From a virus (Duplodnaviria; Caudoviricetes), in IMG/VR virus record IMGVR_UViG_3300025815_000060, positions 1 to 32,046 of that record: a DNA stretch of 32,046 nucleotides; one strand, 5' to 3'. Each line of letters begins with the position of its first letter. Positions within the stretch are counted from its first letter, which is position 1. Shown piece by piece: positions 10,058 through 17,271 of the stretch. The notes below the pieces were generated by a model. That model searched no databases and was not told where the DNA came from. It saw nothing but the letters and a program-made list of their open reading frames with translations. A program made the translations under genes and the position numbers.

Positions 10058-10158
10058 AGTACGGCAAGAAAAAGAAAAGTCTTTACGACGGCATGATGAA
10101 GCGTATGCGTAGCAAGCCTGTAAAGGTTAACGCTTATGCGAAGCCTAAGAAGAGATAA
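10054..10158 (+). CDS. Lys/Arg-rich 34-aa peptide (not in ORF track)
   Basis: MKYGKKKKSLYDGMMKRMRSKPVKVNAYAKPKKR*; AGGAG SD, ATGA overlap, fills the gap exactly. Confidence 0.7.
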   Translation: MKYGKKKKSLYDGMMKRMRSKPVKVNAYAKPKKR

Positions 10159-10160
10159 CC

Positions 10161-10493
10161 ATGAGCATAGAGCGGTCAGTAGCGAAGCTCGAAGCCCAGC
10201 AAGAAGCTATGGCGCAAGACGTTAGTGAGATGAAGTCTGCTCTCACAAGTATTGCCCAAACTCTTCAAGACTTATCAAGCATGGAGCAGAGGCAGGTTCA
10301 CTTGACCGAGACTGTAACCCGCGCACATAAGCGCATTGATGAGATCCAAGCTATCGTGAAGGATGAGGTAAAGAACCACGAGAAGCGCATCCAAGCTATC
10401 GAGATTAGCATCGCCAAGAATCAGTGGATCGAGCGCATTATCATGGCTGGCGTCATGGCTGTTATCGGTATGTGGATCAAGAGCGGCATCTGA
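10161..10493 (+). CDS. Coiled-coil protein with C-terminal transmembrane helix (XhlA/holin-associated-like)
   Basis: Heptad coiled coil followed by IIMAGVMAVIGMWI; first gene of the lysis cassette. Confidence 0.65.
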   Translation: MSIERSVAKLEAQQEAMAQDVSEMKSALTSIAQTLQDLSSMEQRQVHLTETVTRAHKRIDEIQAIVKDEVKNHEKRIQAIEISIAKNQWIERIIMAGVMAVIGMWIKSGI

Positions 10494-10888
10494 TGCTTGA
10501 CCTACTTGTCGGTCCTATCGCCAAGCTGTTGGACAAGGTTATTCCCGATGCGGATGAGCGCGGTCGGTTAGCCCATGAGATCGCAACACTAGCGGAGCGG
10601 CAGGCCCATGAAATCGCCAAGGCTCAGATTGAAGTCAACAAGGCAGAGGCAAGCAACCATTCAATGTTTGTTAGCGGCTGGCGTCCGGCTGTGGGATGGG
10701 TGTGTACTATTGGCCTTGCGACTAACTACCTGTTTGTTCCTGTTTGCAATTTTATACTTACTATCAATAAGCATCCCATTACTGTCCCGCCTTTGGACCT
10801 GAGCGAGATGATGCCCGTCCTCTTGGGAATGCTCGGGCTTGGCGGTCTGCGTACCTACGAAAAGACAAAGAACGTGGCGAGGAAATAA
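10493..10888 (+). CDS. Holin, 3-TM (GTA holin-like) family
   Basis: SGWRPAVGW and LLGMLGLGGLRTYEK signatures; start reassigned to ATG 10493 (TGATG overlap). Confidence 0.85.
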   Translation: MLDLLVGPIAKLLDKVIPDADERGRLAHEIATLAERQAHEIAKAQIEVNKAEASNHSMFVSGWRPAVGWVCTIGLATNYLFVPVCNFILTINKHPITVPPLDLSEMMPVLLGMLGLGGLRTYEKTKNVARK

Positions 10889-10931
10889 TACACTTGATGT
10901 ACGATAAGATACATTCGCGCGAGGTAAAGGA

Positions 10932-11057
10932 ATGCCATTGAAGAAAGGTAGAAGCCGCAAGACCATCGGCAAGAACATAAGCCTGTTACGTGGCGAAGGT
11001 TATCCAGAGAAACAGGCTATCGCTATCGCGCTGTCAAAGGCCAAGAAGAAGAAATGA
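10932..11057 (+). CDS. Small basic 41-aa protein (MPLKKG...KQAIAIALS family; not in ORF track)
   Basis: [41 protein letters not shown]; GAGG SD; ATGA overlap with the endolysin. Confidence 0.8.
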   Translation: MPLKKGRSRKTIGKNISLLRGEGYPEKQAIAIALSKAKKKK

Positions 11058-11413
11058 AATACTTCCATATCAGGGAGTTCGATTGCACCCATACAGGAAC
11101 CGGTGGCGACAATATGGACCCCGAGTTTCTGGAAAATCTTGACCGCTTGCGTGAGATATGCGGCTTCCCGTTCCGCATAACATCCGGCTGGAGAGATGCG
11201 ACCCATCCCGTTGAGGCCCGAAAGGAAAAGCCCGGCACCCATCACCAAGGGATCGCGGCTGACATAGCCGTCTCTGGTAGCCTTGATCGGCTAACCCTTG
11301 TGCGTGAGGCTATAAAGATGGATTGCTTTTTTGGAATAGGTATCGGAAAAGACTTCGTACATCTTGATGGACGCACAACCACGCCAGTCATGTGGACGTA
11401 CTATCCCAAATAA
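11054..11413 (+). CDS. Endolysin, Zn-dependent peptidase M15A (Peptidase_M15_3) family
   Basis: [19 protein letters not shown] and FVHLD motifs; adjacent to the holin. Confidence 0.88.
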   Translation: MKYFHIREFDCTHTGTGGDNMDPEFLENLDRLREICGFPFRITSGWRDATHPVEARKEKPGTHHQGIAADIAVSGSLDRLTLVREAIKMDCFFGIGIGKDFVHLDGRTTTPVMWTYYPK

Positions 11414-11414
11414 C

Positions 11415-11455
11415 AACATAAAGTGTTTGCATTCCCCTAAAACATAACCTAATAT
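11415..11455 (+). promoter_or_regulatory. Sigma70-type early promoter with overlapping palindromic operator
   Basis: TTGCAT (11427-32), 17 bp, TAATAT (11450-55); AACA-N5-TGTT at 11415-27 and AAACATA-N6-TATGTTT at 11440-59. Confidence 0.7.
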
Positions 11456-11495
11456 GTTTATTGTTCCATGTGGAACTAACCAAGGGAGATGACAA

Positions 11496-11810
11496 ATGGC
11501 ACGTTTTGATTTCTATGAAATCCTGATCAACCACCCTTCATGGGAGGAAAACTATCACGACATCACTGACCCTGAGATCCGTCGCGAACTCATGTGTGAT
11601 GTTGAAGAAATCTCATCCGAGATTGCACCAACCGCAATGCAACAAACTGGCAGTGAGATCGAGTGGGTAGACCTGATCTTTAATGATGAGGTTGACCCGG
11701 CTGTCGTCGTTCAGAAAACCCGCGAGCTTCTGTGGAACTATTCGGAGTCAATGATTGTTGACTTGATCGAGAGCGAAGCCGCCAAACACGCGGAGGCTTA
11801 CGATGATTGA
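11496..11810 (+). CDS. Hypothetical acidic early protein
   Basis: 104 aa with strong SD (AAGGGAG); first gene after the promoter. Confidence 0.8.
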   Translation: MARFDFYEILINHPSWEENYHDITDPEIRRELMCDVEEISSEIAPTAMQQTGSEIEWVDLIFNDEVDPAVVVQKTRELLWNYSESMIVDLIESEAAKHAEAYDD

Positions 11811-12021
11811 TTTATCTAGGTCTGATGAGGACTTTCTCACCGAGCGCTACAAAGACTGGCTACAGGTCGCAAGCCGTGAGTTCCGCAAGGGATTCATGGA
11901 TGGCATGGCTTGTAACTGCCAGAAGTATCCAGCAACGGATATGTACCTATCAGGCTATGCCGATGGCTATGCCTTAACCCAGATGCGAGACGCATCACAA
12001 CACGCAGGAGAAACGCTATGA
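11803..12021 (+). CDS. Hypothetical protein
   Basis: 72 aa, GGAGG SD, FRKGFMDG / YLSGYADGY internal repeat. Confidence 0.75.
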   Translation: MIDLSRSDEDFLTERYKDWLQVASREFRKGFMDGMACNCQKYPATDMYLSGYADGYALTQMRDASQHAGETL

Positions 12022-12605
12022 ATGGCGTCGTAAAAATCCACGGCAAAGAATATAAAACCGTGGCACTAAGGGTCGCAGAGTTTAGACAGGCCCATCCCGA
12101 CTACACGATATCGACTGAGTTAGTCGAAGCTAACGATGTGCTAGTCATTATGAAGGCAAGCATCTTGGATAACGATGGCCGTCTCTTGGCTACTGGTTAT
12201 TCAGAAGAGGTACGTGCCGCCAGCAAGATCAATGCCACCAGTGCGCTAGAGAATGCAGAGACTTCCGCTATTGGTCGCTGTCTGTCGGCTCTGGGCTTTG
12301 GCGGTACTGAGTATGCGTCGGCAGATGAGGTAGCCAGTGCTATCAAACAGCAGAATGATGGCGAGTTTCTGACGTTTATGGAAACAGTTCGGGAAAACTT
12401 TGATTGGGTCTCATTTGCCAAGTGTGCCATCCACAATCAGGACTGGGATGAATTGGCCGCTATCTGGGGCGATATAAGCCACGACACTATGGCTACGTTG
12501 TTCAGAGCGCCGACTAAGGGCGGCATCTTTACCACCGAAGAGCGTGATGCTTGCAAAGGCAATGACGCATTTAACAAAGCAAGAAAGGAGTTAGCTAATG
12601 GCTGA
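12018..12605 (+). CDS. Putative ssDNA-annealing recombinase (Rad52/Sak-like)
   Basis: GKEYKTVALRV and ALENAETSAIGRCL...YASADEV motifs; directly upstream of an SSB-like gene. Confidence 0.6.
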   Translation: MNGVVKIHGKEYKTVALRVAEFRQAHPDYTISTELVEANDVLVIMKASILDNDGRLLATGYSEEVRAASKINATSALENAETSAIGRCLSALGFGGTEYASADEVASAIKQQNDGEFLTFMETVRENFDWVSFAKCAIHNQDWDELAAIWGDISHDTMATLFRAPTKGGIFTTEERDACKGNDAFNKARKELANG

Positions 12606-12999
12606 TATTACTTTTGTAAATGGCATGAAGCCTAATCGCAAAGAAGATGCGCCAGATTGGGCTGTGCTAAAGCAGACGATTGATCGAGAAAAGTTTATTC
12701 CGTGGCTACAAGAACAGCCGGAAAATACCATCTATATCGAGACACTGATCGCCAAAAGCAGTGGCAATCTTTACACCAAGGTTGATGATGAAACCCGCGA
12801 GTATAAAGAGCGCGTCCGAAAAGAGGGAATAGACAAAGCTAAAGCGGCATTGTCTGAAGATCAATCAGCATCACAGGAGATTCCAAGTGGCCAGTTCAAC
12901 AACCCGGCAAAAGTTCATGAGGATGGCGTTCAGCAAGTCAGAAGCACCCTCGAAACCTCAACCGCAACCGAGCAGTTCGATGACGACATTCCATTTTGA
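12598..12999 (+). CDS. Putative single-stranded DNA-binding protein
   Basis: Short domain, low-complexity linker and acidic C-terminal tail FDDDIPF. Confidence 0.7.
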   Translation: MADITFVNGMKPNRKEDAPDWAVLKQTIDREKFIPWLQEQPENTIYIETLIAKSSGNLYTKVDDETREYKERVRKEGIDKAKAALSEDQSASQEIPSGQFNNPAKVHEDGVQQVRSTLETSTATEQFDDDIPF

Positions 13000-13204
13000 T
13001 ATTGGTCTGTCATTGCGGACAGCACAAAAGCAATTCCGTGTCAGTAACAAACAACTGGCGGAGGAATTTGGTGTGACTGAGATGACTATCGGCAGATGGC
13101 GCAAGAGCAAGGATGCAAGCCTTGGCCGGATAGTTGATTTCGCGGAGCGTTTCGATATGGACTTTGAGACGTTCCTTGATCTGCCATACAAGGAGCAAGC
13201 ATGA
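12980..13204 (+). CDS. XRE/Cro-like HTH transcriptional regulator
   Basis: VSNKQLAEEFGVTEMTIGRWR helix-turn-helix; likely start ATG 12980 overlapping the SSB 3' end. Confidence 0.8.
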   Translation: MTTFHFDIGLSLRTAQKQFRVSNKQLAEEFGVTEMTIGRWRKSKDASLGRIVDFAERFDMDFETFLDLPYKEQA

Positions 13205-13407
13205 GCCATTCAGCGCAGATACTTGACCATTTAACCAAAGGCCCGATCACAGCCATGGACGCTCTGAATAACTACGGGTGCTTCAGGCTGGCCGCACGTA
13301 TCAATGACCTTCGCATGAGCGGTCACAAGATACACACGGAGATAGCCAAGAAAGATGGCAAGCGGTACGCCAGATATCACTTAGTCAAAAAAAGGGAGGA
13401 AACATGA
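13201..13407 (+). CDS. Winged-helix DNA-binding protein (HTH_39-like)
   Basis: ILDHL..GPITAMDA...YGCFRLAARINDLR..GHKI signature; AGGAG SD. Confidence 0.82.
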   Translation: MSHSAQILDHLTKGPITAMDALNNYGCFRLAARINDLRMSGHKIHTEIAKKDGKRYARYHLVKKREET

Positions 13408-13682
13408 AACAGTTTGTAATTCTATTGGCGATTGTACTAGCGGCCCCGGCATTTGCAGGGACCAAGGCTTACACCAAGAACGGGGAAGGCGGCCAGATCG
13501 TCCTAACCGATGAGCCTTGTGAAGCTGATCCAAAGATGCTTCGGGCTTACTTCTTCACTGAAGCTCACTACACCGAGGAAGGTTGTTGGAAGGACGATGA
13601 CACAACCATCTTTGCTGTATGGGATCAGCAGGGAAAGTACCGCTATCGCAAGTCGATCTTCAAGGTCGTCAATCAGTGGTAA
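13404..13682 (+). CDS. Small secreted/periplasmic protein
   Basis: Sec-type signal peptide MKQFVILLAIVLAAPAFA; two Cys; GGAGG SD. Confidence 0.8.
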   Translation: MKQFVILLAIVLAAPAFAGTKAYTKNGEGGQIVLTDEPCEADPKMLRAYFFTEAHYTEEGCWKDDDTTIFAVWDQQGKYRYRKSIFKVVNQW

Positions 13683-13706
13683 AAAAAAGGCCCTCGCGAG
13701 AGGGCC
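13681..13706 (-). terminator. Rho-independent terminator for a minus-strand transcript
   Basis: GGCCCTC-GCGA-GAGGGCC hairpin (13689-13706) preceded on + by A8, which is a U8 tail on the minus strand. Confidence 0.75.
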
Positions 13707-13764
13707 ATGTCACTTGTCCAAGGGAGGGACATATGATATCTTCAAGGGGTCAAGTCAAGAAGAT
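13681..13764 (-). ncRNA. Candidate ~85-nt small regulatory RNA carrying an anti-RBS tract
   Basis: Minus-strand -10 TATACT (13776-13771), terminator at 13706-13681, and internal CAUAUGUCCCUCCCUUGG. Confidence 0.5.
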
Positions 13765-13800
13765 GTACAGAGTATACACGAAACAACGCTCTACAACACC

Positions 13801-14058
13801 TTCCCGCTTGGCTCAGAGTCGAGCCTCTTCAAATTGACCCGTCGCATGGTGCGGGCGCTCAAGAAAGCCAGATTTCCGACAACGACCTTTGAGGGCGGGA
13901 ATAAACAGCGTATTGGTGACTGAATAAGGGGCGGTGTTAGCTACCGTGGCAGAGATACCCACTGTCGAAAAAGTTTGCTGATGAATGTTGTTGGATTGGG
14001 AAATTAGGTTTCAAGTCTTGGTAGGGTCACCCATAGCCCTCTAATGATCCTTATTGTC
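13801..14058 (+). ncRNA. Candidate large structured non-coding RNA or cis element
   Basis: Many nested helices by eye (13801-07/13895-901; 13923-29/14049-55; internal hairpins) with G-U pairs favouring the + strand; no credible ORF. Confidence 0.5.
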
Positions 14059-14070
14059 TGGAGAAAGGGA

Positions 14071-14559
14071 ATGGAAGAGTTAACGCAAGATGTAGTTAAA
14101 GATCTTTTTGACTACAAAGATGGAAGTCTTGTCTGGAAAGTTTCTCCAAGTCGAAGTGTAAAGATTGGAGCGATAGCTGGAACGACAGGCTACGATGGTC
14201 GGCAAAGAATTGGTATCAACGGCTCTTTGTATTTAGCTCACAGAATTATATTTCTTTGGCATCATGGCTATCTTCCAAAAGTTATTGATCATATTGATAA
14301 CGATTCATCAAATAATCGAATCGAAAATCTGAGAGAGTGTTCAAAGTCTCAAAATCAATGGAATAGCAAAGCACGGCGCAATAATAAGTCTGGCTTTAAA
14401 AATGTTTATTTCGATAAAGAAAAAAATAAATGGCGCGTTTTAGTAGAGTGCAAAAGAAAAAAGTATTACGGCGGGTATTTCAGCAATATTGATGACGCAG
14501 TAAAGGCGGCTTCTGAACTGCGTAATTCGCTTCACAAAGAGTTTACGAGGGATTGTTAA
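14071..14559 (+). CDS. HNH (HNH_3) homing endonuclease with C-terminal AP2-like DNA-binding domain
   Basis: YLAHRII, IDHIDNDSSNNRIENLR, NNKSGFKNVYF..KNKW and YGGYF motifs; AT-rich relative to flanks. Confidence 0.92.
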   Translation: MEELTQDVVKDLFDYKDGSLVWKVSPSRSVKIGAIAGTTGYDGRQRIGINGSLYLAHRIIFLWHHGYLPKVIDHIDNDSSNNRIENLRECSKSQNQWNSKARRNNKSGFKNVYFDKEKNKWRVLVECKRKKYYGGYFSNIDDAVKAASELRNSLHKEFTRDC

Positions 14560-14943
14560 ATGATTATTTTAAATGATGGTACTTACTACGAACCCGATGA
14601 TGAATACCTGATTCAACTGCAACAGGCTTATTCAACTGTCGATGTCTTTGCCGAGCTTAATGCGATGGCGATGTGGTGCGATGCCAACCCCAAGAAACGT
14701 AAGACGCCACGAGGTATTAAGCAGTTCATAACCTCATGGCTGAAGCGGGCGGCTGACATGGAAAAGGGGATCAGTCCATTTGCAGAGAAAATGCAGACAA
14801 ATGATGGTAAAATCGGCTTAAAGCAATGGAGCCACCTCGACTGTCTAACCCATGACTTCCTTAAATCCGAGAAGTATCGAGCGCACTGCCTTGAGAAATA
14901 CGGCCAGTACGTCACCTTTGAAGGTGAGCGAGTAACCGCATGA
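14560..14943 (+). CDS. Protein resembling the C-terminal domain of phage replication initiators
   Basis: VDVFAELNAMAMWCDANPKKRKTPRGIKQFITSWLKRA recalls C-terminal domains of lambdoid-type replication proteins; sits just before nin-like genes. Confidence 0.55.
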   Translation: MIILNDGTYYEPDDEYLIQLQQAYSTVDVFAELNAMAMWCDANPKKRKTPRGIKQFITSWLKRAADMEKGISPFAEKMQTNDGKIGLKQWSHLDCLTHDFLKSEKYRAHCLEKYGQYVTFEGERVTA

Positions 14944-15335
14944 GCGAGCGCTGGTTCGTAAACAACAAGTTCCAAGCCGATCAGTTCTGTGAGTACATCC
15001 GGGCTAATCAGGACAAGGGCCATATCTACGAGATTATCCCTGTCACCCGTACCGGAAAGCAGAACGATGCTATCCACGCATATTGCCGTGAGGTCGCTAG
15101 TGTTATGGCGGCTCATGGTATGGACATGAAGACCGTCATCAAAGACGGCGTACCTATCGAACCCACTATGTACCTGATCAAAGATTACATGTGGCGACCT
15201 ATCCAGAAAGCAGTAACCGGCGTTGAGTCCACGAGGAAGATCAATCCCATGGAGGTCAACGACATTTACGAGGTTTTGAGTAGGCTATTAGTCGAAAAAT
15301 ACTCGATCAACGTGCCATTTGGGAGGCGCATTTAG
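14940..15335 (+). CDS. NinB-like recombination accessory protein
   Basis: RTGKQNDAIHAY (R-S/T-x-x-QN) and STRKI..E motifs; position in a nin-like region. Confidence 0.55.
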   Translation: MSERWFVNNKFQADQFCEYIRANQDKGHIYEIIPVTRTGKQNDAIHAYCREVASVMAAHGMDMKTVIKDGVPIEPTMYLIKDYMWRPIQKAVTGVESTRKINPMEVNDIYEVLSRLLVEKYSINVPFGRRI

Positions 15336-15353
15336 CATCAATCCGAGGGGGAG

Positions 15354-16520
15354 ATGATGAGCTTAATTGAGTATTGCAACACTGAAAGACAGGCGGAGAT
15401 AGTCAGACTGTTTGAGTCTGGCATGAACAAAACTGAAATCGGGCGGACGCTGGGCGTTACCCGAGAGACCATCAAGGGTTCGCTAAAGATTATCAGCGAT
15501 CGGGCCGCAACTCAGGGCTACTCGCCCCAGCATGACATGATCCATACGGTCCCAAATGTCTTTAAGGTCCGTGGCGTATCCACCCTGTACAATGATGAAG
15601 GGAAACCCGTTAACCAGTGGGTGAAGTCTGTCGCTGATAAAGAGGCAATGCTTGAGGCCGCGCTTGAGGCATTCAAGGCTGGATTCCTTGAAGAGATAGA
15701 TGGCCTTTACAAGCCCGTACAAGCCCCAGAAGCGTCGAAGGAAGCAGATAGGCTATCGGCTTACCTCATTGGAGATCATCACCTGAACGCCCTCTGCTGG
15801 TCCCCTGAGACGGGTGGCGATGATTGGGATACAAACATTGCTCAGGACGTACTGATCAAAGCCGTCGATAAGCTGGTATCAGTTGCGGGTGATTCGGAAG
15901 TAGGCGCACTGATTAACTTGGGTGACTTCCTCCATGCCAATACGTCGGATAACAAGACGGGCAAGGGAACCCCCCAAGATGTTGATGGAAGGCTAGGCCG
16001 GACTATCCGCATTGTCGGCAATCTCTTTAGAGTCTTGATCACTCGTATGCTAGAGACGCACAAGGAAGTGTGGTTGATCAACGTGCGAGGCAATCACGAT
16101 CCTGATGCCAGTCTTTGGCTGAATGAAATGATGCGCTTGTACTTTGCAAGCGAGCCACGGGTGAGGGTCTTTGACAACTTTTCTAAATGGATACACTTCG
16201 AATGGGGCGAGACTCTCGTGGTCCTACATCATGGCGACCGAATGAAGACTCAGGCGCTTTATGAGGCTGTTACGCGAGACTACGCGGAGGAATGGGGCCG
16301 CAGTAAATACCGATACCTGTATCACGGTCATATCCATCACCGGACTGTGACAGAGATGGGCGGGTTGCACCTCGAATCGTTTGGCGTCCTGTGTCCACCA
16401 GATGCCTACCATTCAGCTTCAGGCTACGGTTCAGCGAGGTCCATGTCCTGCGTTATACTCGATAAGAAGTATGGCGAGCATAGCCGATTCAAGGTCGGCA
16501 TTGATGAGGTAAAAGCATGA
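15354..16520 (+). CDS. HTH fused to calcineurin-like metallophosphoesterase
   Basis: N-terminal HTH (NKTEIGRTLGVTRETIK); DHH, LGDFLH, RGNHD, HHGD and GHIHH metal-binding motifs. Confidence 0.85.
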   Translation: MMSLIEYCNTERQAEIVRLFESGMNKTEIGRTLGVTRETIKGSLKIISDRAATQGYSPQHDMIHTVPNVFKVRGVSTLYNDEGKPVNQWVKSVADKEAMLEAALEAFKAGFLEEIDGLYKPVQAPEASKEADRLSAYLIGDHHLNALCWSPETGGDDWDTNIAQDVLIKAVDKLVSVAGDSEVGALINLGDFLHANTSDNKTGKGTPQDVDGRLGRTIRIVGNLFRVLITRMLETHKEVWLINVRGNHDPDASLWLNEMMRLYFASEPRVRVFDNFSKWIHFEWGETLVVLHHGDRMKTQALYEAVTRDYAEEWGRSKYRYLYHGHIHHRTVTEMGGLHLESFGVLCPPDAYHSASGYGSARSMSCVILDKKYGEHSRFKVGIDEVKA

Positions 16521-16762
16521 TCCCGATTATCAGTTGTCCGTTACCGGGTGGAGGTCAAGCGCTCATCAAGACACAGGACATTGGCGGCGCAACAACTGGC
16601 AAGAACCCGAAGCACTGTGACGTGTACGTGCTAGGCTGGGCGGCTAACGGGATCACAGTCGATCTGAGTTTGGATGACTTCGCGGAGATATGGGTTTCCG
16701 CTTTATTTGATGAGGGATCAAATGACATTGAAATCGTATTTACCCCAGATGACTTGCACTGA
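16517..16762 (+). CDS. Hypothetical protein
   Basis: 81 aa, GAGG SD, ATGA overlap. Confidence 0.7.
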   Translation: MIPIISCPLPGGGQALIKTQDIGGATTGKNPKHCDVYVLGWAANGITVDLSLDDFAEIWVSALFDEGSNDIEIVFTPDDLH

Positions 16763-16913
16763 GTGTCACAAGATCATGGTGCCGCAGTTCAAGAAAGAGT
16801 ATCCCCATAAGCTGGATGGCTGGTCGTGCGATTGCGGCAACTGCGAGAAGGCTATTCTACGAGAGCGCCAATACACGAGGGCCGATGATGGCAGTCAAGC
16901 GCGAGCAGTGTGA
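16749..16913 (+). CDS. Small zinc-ribbon protein
   Basis: CTEC...CDCG motif; start codon uncertain. Confidence 0.55.
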   Translation: MTCTECHKIMVPQFKKEYPHKLDGWSCDCGNCEKAILRERQYTRADDGSQARAV

Positions 16914-17271
16914 TATCTGGTTTTCAAAGGCGGTAAGGTTACGAGACGGGAAGTGCCTACACTGTCACAAGACTGATCGGCTAGAGTGCGCCCATATCTA
17001 CGGGAGAGCCAACAAGCGAGTGCGCTGGGCTATGTCAAACGCTACCGCCTTGTGCCATGCCTGCCATCGATACTTTACGTCCAACCCTATAGCATTCCAC
17101 GACTGGCTGAATGTCGAGCTTGGCGAGGCGCACATGGATAAGTTGCGGCAGGATCGGAACGAGATTTACAAAACCAACAAGCTGTTGAGAAAGGATATCT
17201 CTGATCACTACCGCGATGAGGTCAGGCGTAAAGAAATAGATCCCGAGTACGAGATTCAGAGTTGGAACTAA
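16885..17271 (+). CDS. NinG/Rap-like HNH-fold junction endonuclease
   Basis: DIWFSKAVRLRD, CLHC, ECAHIYGR and N...LCHACH motifs. Confidence 0.75.
   Translation: MMAVKREQCDIWFSKAVRLRDGKCLHCHKTDRLECAHIYGRANKRVRWAMSNATALCHACHRYFTSNPIAFHDWLNVELGEAHMDKLRQDRNEIYKTNKLLRKDISDHYRDEVRRKEIDPEYEIQSWN

Noticed and set aside
13510-13923. 137-aa and 72-aa + strand ORFs (13510..13923, 13619..13837)
   Set aside because: They overlap a better gene in another frame, run through a hairpin and structured region, and have atypical composition.
13801-14559. Group I intron carrying the HNH gene, or an OMEGA/HEARO-type RNA-guided nuclease
   Set aside because: No convincing P7 (R/S) pairing and no interrupted host gene; the HNH stop abuts the next ATG. 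The protein is a plain HNH_3-AP2 type with no RuvC or PLMP features.
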